Of a stretch of 23,356 nt of DNA, positions 8,908 through 17,157 are shown one piece after another. Origin of the DNA: Candidatus Methylomirabilia bacterium (GTDB lineage: Bacteria; Methylomirabilota; Methylomirabilia; Rokubacteriales; CSP1-6); assembly GCA_041497895.1 (NCBI GenBank), contig JBGQHJ010000075.1, forward strand, positions 1 to 23,356, written 5' to 3'. The position numbers and the translations under genes are program-made. The notes below the pieces were generated by a model, which was given only the letters and a program-made list of their open reading frames with translations, ran no database searches and was not told where the DNA came from. Every line of letters starts with the position of its first letter. Position 1 is the first letter of the stretch.

Positions 8908-10091
8908 GCGCGGTCGATCGGGCCCTCGACCGCGTGGCCGAGGGCCGGGCGCCTTCCCCCGCAGAGGCGACCGCCCTGCTCGACACCCCCGCCTCCAGGC
9001 TACCGGATCTCCTGGGCGCGGCGGGGGCCCTGCGCGATCGTGGCCGGGGCCGGCGGATCACGTTCTCGGCCAAGGTCTTCATCCCGCTCACCACGCTCTG
9101 CCGTGACTACTGCGGCTATTGCACGTTCCGGAAGGATCCGGGCGAGCCCGGCGCCTTCACGATGACACCCGAGCAGGTGCTCGCGCTGGCGCAGGCGGGA
9201 GCCCGGCTGGGTGCCAAGGAAGCGCTCTTCTCCCTGGGCGACAAGCCGGAGGCGCTTTTTCCGGAGCACCGCGCCTTCTTGCGCCGCATGGGGCACCGGA
9301 CCACGCTCGGCTACCTGCGGGCGGTCAGCGAGCGGGTGCTCGAGGAGACCGGCCTCCTGCCGCACGCCAACCCCGGCCTCATGACCGAGCGCGACCTGGC
9401 GGCCCTGCGCGAGGTCAACGTCAGCATGGGCATCATGCTGGAGAGCACCTCGTCCCGGCTGCTCGCGCCCGGCGCGGCCCACGATCGCGCGCCGGACAAG
9501 GTCCCGGGGCGGCGGCTCAAGACCATCGCCCGCGCCGGTACGCTCGGCATTCCCTTCACCACCGGGATCCTGATCGGGATCGGGGAGACCCACGCCGAGC
9601 GGGTGGACGCGCTCCTGGCGATCCGCGACCTCCACCAGCGCCACGGCCACATCCAGGAGGTCATCGTTCAGAACTTCCGCGTCAAGCCGACCATTCCCAT
9701 GCGCGGCTGGCCCGAGCCCACCGCGGACGACCTGCTTCGCACGGTGGCGGTGGCCCGCCTGCTGCTGGGACCGATGATGAACATCCAGGCGCCGCCGAAT
9801 CTGTCCGCCGACGGGTACGAGCGCCTCGCCGCCGCCGGCCTCAACGACTGGGGCGGGGTGTCACCGCTCACTCCCGATCACATCAATCCCGAGCGGCCCT
9901 GGCCCGGCTTGGCCGAGCTACGGCGCCGCACCGAGTCCGCCGGCCACGAGCTGCGCGAGCGGCTGGCGATCTACCCGGAGTACGCGACCCGCAGCGCCTT
10001 CCTCGACCCGCGGCTCGGCCAGCGCGTGGCGCGCCTGGTCGACTCCGAGGGCTTCGTGAGACCCGATCTCGAGGTATGGAGACACTGGTGA
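8889..10091 (+). CDS. cofG: FO synthase subunit CofG (radical SAM)
   Basis: ITFSAKVFIPLTTLCRDYCGYCTF (CxxxCxxC), KEALFSLGDKPE, GLLPHANPG, SMGIMLES, PFTTGILIGIGE, GHIQEVIVQNF, IQAPPNL, NDWGGVSPLTPDHINPERPWP. Confidence 0.95.
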   Translation: MAVLELSAVDRALDRVAEGRAPSPAEATALLDTPASRLPDLLGAAGALRDRGRGRRITFSAKVFIPLTTLCRDYCGYCTFRKDPGEPGAFTMTPEQVLALAQAGARLGAKEALFSLGDKPEALFPEHRAFLRRMGHRTTLGYLRAVSERVLEETGLLPHANPGLMTERDLAALREVNVSMGIMLESTSSRLLAPGAAHDRAPDKVPGRRLKTIARAGTLGIPFTTGILIGIGETHAERVDALLAIRDLHQRHGHIQEVIVQNFRVKPTIPMRGWPEPTADDLLRTVAVARLLLGPMMNIQAPPNLSADGYERLAAAGLNDWGGVSPLTPDHINPERPWPGLAELRRRTESAGHELRERLAIYPEYATRSAFLDPRLGQRVARLVDSEGFVRPDLEVWRHW

Positions 10092-11371
10092 TGCACACCG
10101 ACGACCCGACCCCGATCACGCTCGACTGGGCTTCCTCAGACGTCCGCCGCATCCTCGGTCGTCTCCTCGACGGCGGAGAGCTGTCGGTGGACGACGGCAT
10201 CCGCCTGACCGCGACCCACGGGCGCGACTTCCAGGCCCTCACCCTGGTCGCGGACGAGATGCGCCGCCGCCAGGCGGGCGACGTGGTCACCTACGTCGTC
10301 AACCGCAACATCAACTTCACCAACGTGTGCATAAAGCATTGCACCTTCTGCGCGTTCAGCCGCGACCACCGCGAGGAGGAAGGCTACTTCCTCCCCATGG
10401 ACGAGGTGGTCCGCCGGGCCATCGAGGCGTGGGAGATGGGCGCGACCGAGGTCTGCATCCAGGCCGGCCTGCCCCCCAAGCTCGACGGGCGCTACTACAT
10501 CGACCTCTGCCGCGCCATCAAGGCCGCGCTGCCCGAGATGCACCTGCACGCGTTCTCCCCCGAGGAGATCCTCTACGGCTCCACGCGCTCCGGCCTGCCC
10601 ATCCCGGAGTACCTCGCCGAGCTCAAGAAGGCCGGCCTCGGCACGCTCCCCGGCACCTCCGCCGAGGTGCTGGACCAGGACATCCGCGACCTCATCGCGC
10701 GCGGCCGCATCACGGTGGAGCAGTGGATCGAGGTGATCACGTCGGCCCACGCCCAGGGCATCCGCACCACCTCCACCATCATGTACGGCCACGTGGAGCA
10801 GCCCGTCCACTGGATCCGCCACATGGACCTCCTCCGCCGTATCCAGAAGGACACCGGCGGCTTCACCGAGTTCGTGCCCCTGTCCCTGATCCACCAGGAG
10901 GCCCCGATGTACCGACGCGGGCTCGTGCCGGGGGTGCGCCAGGGCGCGACCGGCCTCGAGGTCGTGAAGATGCACGCGCTCGCCCGGCTGTTCCTGGGCC
11001 CGCTCTTCCGGAACATCCAGTGCTCCTGGGTGAAGGAGGGGCCGAAGCTCGCCCAGCTCCTGCTGGCGTCGGGGGCCAACGACATGGGCGGCACCCTGAT
11101 CAACGAGTCCATCTCCACCTCCGCCGGAGCCTCCTACGGGCAGCTGGTGCCGCCGGCGGAGCTGCGCCGGCTCATCCGCGACGCGGGGCGGCTTCCCGCC
11201 CAGCGCTCGACCACCTACGACCTGCTCCGGGTCTACGAGGTGGAGGACGCCGCGGACGATTCCCCGCTGGACCACGTCGAGAACGCGGAGGCCCGGTTCG
11301 GCTCCTACCGGCTCCTGGCCGCGTCCGGCAAGTTCCGCTTCCTCCATCCCACGCGCGCGCCGCAGGACTGA
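10091..11371 (+). CDS. cofH: FO synthase subunit CofH (radical SAM)
   Basis: VTYVVNRNINFTNVCIKHCTFCAFS, GATEVCIQAG, HAFSPEEI, LPGTSAEVLD, TSTIMYGHVE, TGGFTEFVPL, NIQCSWVKEG, GANDMGGTLINESIS. TGATG overlap with cofG; GTG 10088 is an alternative start. Confidence 0.93.
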   Translation: MHTDDPTPITLDWASSDVRRILGRLLDGGELSVDDGIRLTATHGRDFQALTLVADEMRRRQAGDVVTYVVNRNINFTNVCIKHCTFCAFSRDHREEEGYFLPMDEVVRRAIEAWEMGATEVCIQAGLPPKLDGRYYIDLCRAIKAALPEMHLHAFSPEEILYGSTRSGLPIPEYLAELKKAGLGTLPGTSAEVLDQDIRDLIARGRITVEQWIEVITSAHAQGIRTTSTIMYGHVEQPVHWIRHMDLLRRIQKDTGGFTEFVPLSLIHQEAPMYRRGLVPGVRQGATGLEVVKMHALARLFLGPLFRNIQCSWVKEGPKLAQLLLASGANDMGGTLINESISTSAGASYGQLVPPAELRRLIRDAGRLPAQRSTTYDLLRVYEVEDAADDSPLDHVENAEARFGSYRLLAASGKFRFLHPTRAPQD

Positions 11372-11396
11372 GCGAGCCTCGACACGCATTCGGCTG

Positions 11397-11425
11397 TTGA
11401 GCGCGCGGGGTGCCTTGAGTAGAAT
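11397..11425 (+). promoter_or_regulatory. Sigma70 promoter upstream of HU
   Basis: TTGAGC (11397-11402), 17-nt spacer, TAGAAT (11420-11425). Confidence 0.65.
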
Positions 11426-11545
11426 TGGGCCTTGGTTTCACGCGGGACGCGACCATCCTAAACCGGTTGACCTGAGACGGTTGGCCTCGGCGGTCGGCCT
11501 TCACGGTGGCCGTTCACTCTCACACCCAGACATGGAGGAATGCAC

Positions 11546-11833
11546 ATGGCGAAATCGATGACGAAGTCCGCCATCATCGCTCACCTGGCCCAGAAGACGG
11601 AGCTCAGCAAGAAGCAGATCACCGACGTGATGGACCAGCTCCTCTCGCTCGCGCAGAAGGAAGCCAAGAACGTGTTCGTGGTGCCGAACTTCGGCCGCCT
11701 CGTGCTGGCCAATCGCAAGGCGCGGATGGGACGCAACCCGCAGACCGGAGAGCCCATCAAGATTCCCGCCAAGCGCGTGGTGAAGTTCCGGCTCGCCAAG
11801 TCGCTGAAGGACGCGGTGCTTGGCAAGAAGTAG
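11546..11833 (+). CDS. hup: HU-family DNA-binding protein
   Basis: MTKSAII..LA.KT.LSKK, FG, RKARMGRNPQTGEPIKIPAKRVVKFR..K.LKDAV; RBS GGAGGA. Confidence 0.93.
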   Translation: MAKSMTKSAIIAHLAQKTELSKKQITDVMDQLLSLAQKEAKNVFVVPNFGRLVLANRKARMGRNPQTGEPIKIPAKRVVKFRLAKSLKDAVLGKK

Positions 11834-12326
11834 CACCGGCGACGCGCCCGCTTACCGGCCGCTCGCCGCTCCGTGGGAGGCAGCCCTCGAGCTGTTCCGC
11901 TTCGCAGGCGCATGGGCTCCACCGCCGGCCGACGTGGTCGCCGGCTGGGGCGCCTGGGAAGAGGACCGGCTCGTGGGAGCCCTCCTGATGGAGCGGGCGG
12001 GCGCCGCGGCGATGCTGCACGGTCCCGTCGTCGTCGCCCCGCCCGCCATGCCCGCCGAGGACATTCTGGGAGTGGCCGGCAGCCTGACCGCCGAGGCCCT
12101 GACCCACGCCGCCTCGGCCGGCATCGAGACCGTCTTCGCGCGGCCCCAGAGCCTCGACCGGGTGTGGGTCCGAGCCGGCTTCATCCCCGTTCCGGAAGCG
12201 GAACTGCCCCGCCCGCTCCGCGGCCGGCCCGGCCTCGGCCTCTTTGGCTGGCGGGGCGGCACCGCGCTGTGGAGCACCGCCGGGCGCGGCGGCTCCCGCT
12301 CCGCCCTCGCCCGCGGCGAACACTGA
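11820..12326 (+). CDS. Hypothetical protein with a degenerate GNAT-like fold
   Basis: Fills the HU-cofD gap on the coding strand. The pattern LVGALLME.AG.AAMLHGPVV...GVAGSL..EAL.HA...GIETVFA...W.RAGF.PV....LP follows short ArgA/ArsN2-type acetyltransferases. The TTG start (AAGGA upstream) is uncertain. Confidence 0.6.
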   Translation: MARSSTGDAPAYRPLAAPWEAALELFRFAGAWAPPPADVVAGWGAWEEDRLVGALLMERAGAAAMLHGPVVVAPPAMPAEDILGVAGSLTAEALTHAASAGIETVFARPQSLDRVWVRAGFIPVPEAELPRPLRGRPGLGLFGWRGGTALWSTAGRGGSRSALARGEH

Positions 12327-12342
12327 CGGGCCCCACCGCGGC

Positions 12343-13278
12343 ATGAAGATCACCGCGCTCGCGGGCGGCACCGGCGCCGCCAAGCTGCTTCGCGGTCTCG
12401 GCCGTGTGCTCGACGTGCGCGATCTCACCGTCGTCGTCAACACCGGGGACGACGCGGAGATCTGGGGCCTGCACGTCTCGCCGGATCTCGACACCGTCTG
12501 CTACACCCTGGCCGGCGTCATCGACGAGCGCAAGGGCTGGGGCCTCCGCGACGAGACCTTCCACGCCCTCGACCAGATCGCGCGCTTCGGCGAGCCGGTG
12601 TGGTTCAACCTGGGCGATCGCGACCTGGCCACCCACCTCCACCGCACCCGGCTCCTGCGCGAGGGCCGCACCCTCACCGAGGTGACCCGCGCGATCGCCC
12701 AGGCCCTGCACGTCACCGCGACGGTCCTGCCCATGTCCGATCAGGCGATACGCACGCGGATCCTCGGCCCCGACGGCTGGCTCGCGTTCCAGGAATACTT
12801 CGTGCGCGAGAAGGCGCAGGTCGAGGTGCGCGCGGTGAACTACGCGGGAGCGCCGACGGCGCGCCCGGCGCCCGGCGTCCTGGACGCCCTGCGGACCGCG
12901 GACGCCGTGCTCGTCTGCCCCTCCAATCCGATCACCTCGATCGGGCCGATCCTCGCAGTCCCCGGGCTGGTCGAGAGCCTGCGGGCCACCGAGGCCACCG
13001 TAGTCGCGGTCAGCCCCATCGTGGGCGGCGACGCGGTGTCGGGACCCGCCGGGCGCCTCATGGCGGGCGCCGGACTGCCGGTCTCCGCGACCGGCGTGGC
13101 CCGCGCATACGGCGGCTGGCTCGACGTGCTGGTCTTCGACGAGCGCGATCGGGCCCTCGCCCCGGAGATCCGGGCCGCCGGCGCCGCGCCGGTCCCCGCC
13201 CCGACCCTGATGTCGAGCCGCGAGGCCGAGGTCACGCTGGCCCGGCACGTCATCGCGGCCATCCAGGCGGCGCGATGA
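12343..13278 (+). CDS. cofD: 2-phospho-L-lactate transferase CofD/FbiA
   Basis: MKITALAGGTGAAKLLRGL, VVNTGDD, GLHVSPDLDT..YTLAG, WFNLGDRDLATH, LPMSD, FQEYFVR, CPSNPITSIGPIL, VSPIVGG..VSGPA. Confidence 0.96.
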   Translation: MKITALAGGTGAAKLLRGLGRVLDVRDLTVVVNTGDDAEIWGLHVSPDLDTVCYTLAGVIDERKGWGLRDETFHALDQIARFGEPVWFNLGDRDLATHLHRTRLLREGRTLTEVTRAIAQALHVTATVLPMSDQAIRTRILGPDGWLAFQEYFVREKAQVEVRAVNYAGAPTARPAPGVLDALRTADAVLVCPSNPITSIGPILAVPGLVESLRATEATVVAVSPIVGGDAVSGPAGRLMAGAGLPVSATGVARAYGGWLDVLVFDERDRALAPEIRAAGAAPVPAPTLMSSREAEVTLARHVIAAIQAAR

Positions 13279-13934
13279 CGGTCATCGCGGCGGTGCCGGT
13301 CAAGGACCTCGTCAACGCCAAGCAGCGGCTGGTGCCCGCGCTCTCGCCCGCCGAGCGGCGCGAGCTGGCGCGGGCCATGCTCGGCGACGTCCTCGAGGCG
13401 GTGGTGGCCGCGCTCCCGGGCTCGGTGGTGGTGGTCACGACCGACGCCGAGGTGCAGGCCCTCGCCCGCGCCGCCGGCGCGCAGTGCTGGATCGAGAGCG
13501 CCAATCGCGGCCACACCGCCGCGGTGGCCTTCGCCCAGGAGGAGGCCGCCGCGCGGGGCGCCACGCGCTTCCTCACGATCCCGGGCGACGTGCCGTGCGT
13601 CACCGCAGCCGAGCTGGCCACCCTCTGCGGCGCCCTCGACGAGCCCGCCGGGGTCGCGTTCGTGCCCTCCCGGTCCGGCCTCGGCACGAACGCCGCGCTC
13701 CTCGCTCCACCGGGCGTGATGCCACTCACCTTCGGCGAGCCCTCGTTCGCCAATCACCTGGCCGCCGCCCGCGCGGCGGGGCTCGCCCCGCGGGTACTCC
13801 ACCTCCCCGGGATCGGGCTCGACGTGGATGCGCCCGAGGATCTGCCGGTCCTGCTCGAGCGCGGCCCTCACACGCGCAGCGCGCGGCTGCTGCGCGGATT
13901 TTGCTCCGGCGCGCGGCCGGCGGGCGCCCGCTAG
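13275..13934 (+). CDS. cofC: Phospho-acid (2-PL/PEP/3-PG) guanylyltransferase CofC/FbiD
   Basis: VPVK....AKQRL...LS..ER..LA.AML.DV, IPGDVP, GLGTNA, FGEPSF..H, LDVD.PEDL. ATGA overlap with cofD. Confidence 0.93.
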   Translation: MTVIAAVPVKDLVNAKQRLVPALSPAERRELARAMLGDVLEAVVAALPGSVVVVTTDAEVQALARAAGAQCWIESANRGHTAAVAFAQEEAAARGATRFLTIPGDVPCVTAAELATLCGALDEPAGVAFVPSRSGLGTNAALLAPPGVMPLTFGEPSFANHLAAARAAGLAPRVLHLPGIGLDVDAPEDLPVLLERGPHTRSARLLRGFCSGARPAGAR

Positions 13935-13936
13935 CC

Positions 13937-14689
13937 GTGGCCGCCCGCTACGAGGTGATCGGGGTCGGCGGACTCCCCGAGATCCGGCGGGGCGACGAGC
14001 TGGCGTCCCTCATCGTCGAGGCGGCGCGCCGCGAGGCCACCGCGATCCGGGACCGTGATCTCCTGGTGGTGAGCCAGAAGATCGTCTCCAAGGCGGAGGG
14101 ACGGATCGTGCGGCTGTCCCAGGTCCCGGTCTCGCCGGAGGCCCAGGTGGTCGCCGACGAGATCGGCCGCGATCCGCGCCTGGTCGCGGTCATCCTCGGC
14201 GAGAGTCGCCGGATCGTCCGCAAGGACAAGGGCGTGCTGATCGTGGAGACGCACCACGGCTTCGTCTGCGCGAACGCGGGCGTGGACCAGTCCAACGTGG
14301 ACGCCGACACCGCGTGTCTCCTCCCGGTGGACTCCGATCGCTCGGCCGCCGCGCTGCGCGACCGCCTGCAGGCGCTCACCGGCCACGAGCTCGCGGTCAT
14401 CGTCGCGGACACCTTCGGTCGGCCGTGGCGGGAGGGCCTCGTCAACGTCGCGGTCGGGCTGGCCGGCCTCGAGCCCATCGTCAGCTATCTCGGCCAGGAG
14501 GATCCGGCCGGCCACGTGCTGCAGGCCACCATCCTGGCCCTCGCCGACGAGCTGGCCGGAGCGGCCGAGCCGGTCATGGGCAAGCTCGACCGGGTACCGG
14601 TCGCCATCATTCGCGGGCTCGACTGGCCGCGCGGCGACGGCTCGAGCCGCGCGTTGCTGCGCGACCCGGCTCGCGACCTGTTCCGTTGA
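13937..14689 (+). CDS. cofE: Coenzyme F420-0:L-glutamate ligase CofE (single domain)
   Basis: GLPEIR.GDEL, VVSQKIVSKAEGR, ETHHGFVCANAGVDQSN, LLPVDSD.SA, DTFGRPWREG, ADELA.AA..VMGK...VPVAIIRG, RDLFR. About 250 aa, with no C-terminal nitroreductase domain. Confidence 0.95.
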   Translation: MAARYEVIGVGGLPEIRRGDELASLIVEAARREATAIRDRDLLVVSQKIVSKAEGRIVRLSQVPVSPEAQVVADEIGRDPRLVAVILGESRRIVRKDKGVLIVETHHGFVCANAGVDQSNVDADTACLLPVDSDRSAAALRDRLQALTGHELAVIVADTFGRPWREGLVNVAVGLAGLEPIVSYLGQEDPAGHVLQATILALADELAGAAEPVMGKLDRVPVAIIRGLDWPRGDGSSRALLRDPARDLFR

Positions 14690-14709
14690 TCCCAAGTCAA
14701 GGAGAGCGC

Positions 14710-15354
14710 ATGCGCATCGGCATCGTCGGCGGCACCGGCAAGGAAGGCGTGGGCCTCGGGCTCCGGTGGGCGCAGGCCGGGCACGAGGTGATCATCGGGT
14801 CGCGGGACGCGGAGCGGGCCCGGGCCAAGGCCGCCGAGCTCGCCGGGCCCGGCCGCCGGGTGGACGGCAAGTCCAACCGCGACGCGGCCGCGACCGCGGA
14901 GATCGTCGTGCTCACCGTGCCGGCCACCGGGCTCTCGGCCACGCTGCCCGAGCTGCGGGAGGCCTGCCGCGGCAAGGTCGTGGTGAGCACGGTGGTGCCG
15001 CTCACCTTCGGGGGCGGTCGCCTCTTCACCCCGCCCCCTCAGGGCTCGGCCGCCGAGGAGGCGCAGGAGATCCTCGGGGCCGAGGCCCGCGTGGTCGCCG
15101 CCTTCCACCACATCGCGGCCCACGAGCTCTCCGCCGGCGACCACGCCATCGAGTGCGACCTGCTCCTCTGCGGCGGCGACGCGGAGGCCAAGAAGCTCGT
15201 CGCCGATCTGGGCGCGTCGATGGGCCTGCGCCCGGTCGACGTGGGGGCCCTCACCAACGCGGGCCCCATCGAAGGCATCACCGCGGTGCTCGCCACGATC
15301 AACCGACGCTACAAGCTGAAGAACTCGGGCATCAAGATCACCGGGCTGCCCTGA
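14710..15354 (+). CDS. npdG: NADPH-dependent F420 reductase (Fno)
   Basis: IGIVGGTGKEG.GL..RWA.AG.EV.IGSR...RA, LTVP, VVPL, GSAAE, VVAAFHHIAA, DLLLCG, IEGITA.L..INRRYK...SGIKITG; RBS AAGGAG. Confidence 0.94.
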   Translation: MRIGIVGGTGKEGVGLGLRWAQAGHEVIIGSRDAERARAKAAELAGPGRRVDGKSNRDAAATAEIVVLTVPATGLSATLPELREACRGKVVVSTVVPLTFGGGRLFTPPPQGSAAEEAQEILGAEARVVAAFHHIAAHELSAGDHAIECDLLLCGGDAEAKKLVADLGASMGLRPVDVGALTNAGPIEGITAVLATINRRYKLKNSGIKITGLP

Positions 15355-15363
15355 GGGCGGGTC

Positions 15364-16449
15364 ATGGCCGACACCGACACCGCGGTCATCGTCTCCGTCG
15401 ATTCACTCACCGCCTTCATCGTCTCGATGCTCGAGGCGCTGAAGATGTCCCCTCGCAATGCGGCGCTCACCGCCGACCTCATGGTCCGCACCGACCTGCG
15501 CGGGGTGGACTCGCACGGCATCGGCATGCTGCCCCGCTACGTGGAGTGGACCCGCGCCGGCTTCGTGCACCCGTGGGCCGAGCCGCAGGTGGCGCGCGAC
15601 GATCTCGCCACCGCGCTGGTCGACGGACAGAAGGGCCTCGGCCATCCGGCCTCGGTCCTGGCCATGGAGCTCGCCATCACGAAGGCCGGCACCTACGGGG
15701 TGGGGGTCGTGGCGGTCCGCAACTCGAATCACTTCGGGGCCTGCGCCAACTACTCGATGATGGCGCTCGAGCGCGGGTTGATCGGCCTCGCGGTGACCAA
15801 CTCTCCGTACGTGGCCATGGTGCCGACCTTCGCCCGGAAGCCCATGATGGGCACCAACCCGCTGAGCCTGGCCGCCCCCGCCGCGCGCCACACCCCGTTC
15901 GTGCTCGACATGGCCACCACCACGGTGGCGGTGGGCAAGCTCACGATCGCCTCCCGCTGGGGCAAGCCCATCCCGGAAGGCTGGGGCCTCGACGCTCAGG
16001 GACGGCCCACCAGCAGCGCGAAGGAAGTGCTGGCCTCGCGCCTCCTCTCTCCGCTCGGCGGTAGCCGCGAGCTGGGCAGCCACAAGGGCTACGGGCTCGG
16101 CGTGATGGTGGACATCCTCTCGGGCGTGCTCTCGGGCGGCGTCTACGGCGACCGGCTCGATCGGAGTGGCGCGCGTGAGCGCAAGGAATCCAACACCGGG
16201 CACTGCTTCGCCGCGATCGACGTGAAGCGGTTCCGGCCGCTCGAGGACTTCACCGCCGCGATGGACGACATGCTGCAGGCGCTGAACGGCACCCCGCGCG
16301 CCGACGGCCAGGAGCGGGTCTACACCGCCGGGGAGCCGGAGGCCGAGACCGAGCGCCAGCGCCGTGTCCACGGAATCCCGGTGGCCCCGGCCCTCGTCCG
16401 GCAGTGCAACGGGCTCGCCTCGGAGCTCGGGGTGAAGCGGCTGGCCTAG
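15364..16449 (+). CDS. Ldh_2-family (malate/L-lactate/sulfolactate dehydrogenase-like) oxidoreductase
   Basis: DLRGVDSHG, VDGQKGLGH, VRNSNHFG, MGTNPLSLA.P, FVLDMATT, GK.IPEGW..D..G, LGG....GSHKGYGL, VY.AGEPE. Starts 9 nt after npdG. Confidence 0.92.
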   Translation: MADTDTAVIVSVDSLTAFIVSMLEALKMSPRNAALTADLMVRTDLRGVDSHGIGMLPRYVEWTRAGFVHPWAEPQVARDDLATALVDGQKGLGHPASVLAMELAITKAGTYGVGVVAVRNSNHFGACANYSMMALERGLIGLAVTNSPYVAMVPTFARKPMMGTNPLSLAAPAARHTPFVLDMATTTVAVGKLTIASRWGKPIPEGWGLDAQGRPTSSAKEVLASRLLSPLGGSRELGSHKGYGLGVMVDILSGVLSGGVYGDRLDRSGARERKESNTGHCFAAIDVKRFRPLEDFTAAMDDMLQALNGTPRADGQERVYTAGEPEAETERQRRVHGIPVAPALVRQCNGLASELGVKRLA

Positions 16450-17141
16450 GCCCGGTCGCCCAGGAGGGCCCGCAGCACCCGATCGGTGTCGCTCAGGTCC
16501 TCGAAGAAGTGGTCGGGCCGGTCGGCGAGCAGAGCCTCGCGCGGGTACTGGCCGGTGGCGACCGCCACCGCGACCGCCCCGCAGGCCCGCGCGCAGTCGA
16601 CGTCGTGCGGCGTGTCGCCGATCACCACCACCTCGGCCGGCGGAAACTCCCGCCCGAGCAGGGCGTGGGCCCGCCGGGCGGCCAGCGACGGGAGCCGCCG
16701 GCGATCCATGTGGTCCGAGCCGTAGGCCCCGACCCGGAACCTCGGCCACAGGCCGGTCGGCTGGAGCTTGATGCGTGCGCCTTCCTCGATGTTGCCGGTC
16801 ACCAGCCCGAGCACCACGTCGGAGGATCCGGCGAGACGCTCCACCACCGCCGCGACGCCGGGGAGCGTGACCACCCCCTGCCCATCGCCGATCTCGGCCA
16901 CGAGCCCACCCAGGTAGGCCTCGAAAAAGTCGTCGAGACGCTCGGTCACGCGCGCCGGCTCCCAGCCCTCCGCGCCCATGACGTCGTGCACGATACGCGT
17001 GTCGGTCCGCCCGCGCAGGTCGTACTGGTCGATGCCCCCCGCCGTCCCGAACACGCGCTCGAAGGCGACCCGCATCGCCCGCCGCCCGGCACCGCGCGAG
17101 GTGATGAGCGTGCCGTCGATGTCGAACAGGACGAGCTTCAC
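16446..17141 (-). CDS. HAD-superfamily hydrolase (phosphoglycolate phosphatase-like)
   Basis: Motif I LFDIDGTL, motif II LVTGN, motif IV VIGDTPHD. Stop overlaps the Ldh_2 stop (CTAG). Confidence 0.9.
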   Translation of the reverse strand: MKLVLFDIDGTLITSRGAGRRAMRVAFERVFGTAGGIDQYDLRGRTDTRIVHDVMGAEGWEPARVTERLDDFFEAYLGGLVAEIGDGQGVVTLPGVAAVVERLAGSSDVVLGLVTGNIEEGARIKLQPTGLWPRFRVGAYGSDHMDRRRLPSLAARRAHALLGREFPPAEVVVIGDTPHDVDCARACGAVAVAVATGQYPREALLADRPDHFFEDLSDTDRVLRALLGDRA

Positions 17142-17157
17142 GGGCGCGCGACCGGGC

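Noticed and set aside
8889..11371. Frameshifted fbiC fusion, or the 750-aa ORF 9119..11371
   Set aside because: cofG and cofH are each complete, with a normal TGATG overlap and a GGAG RBS. The N-terminal 324 aa of the long ORF are out-of-frame shadow of cofG.
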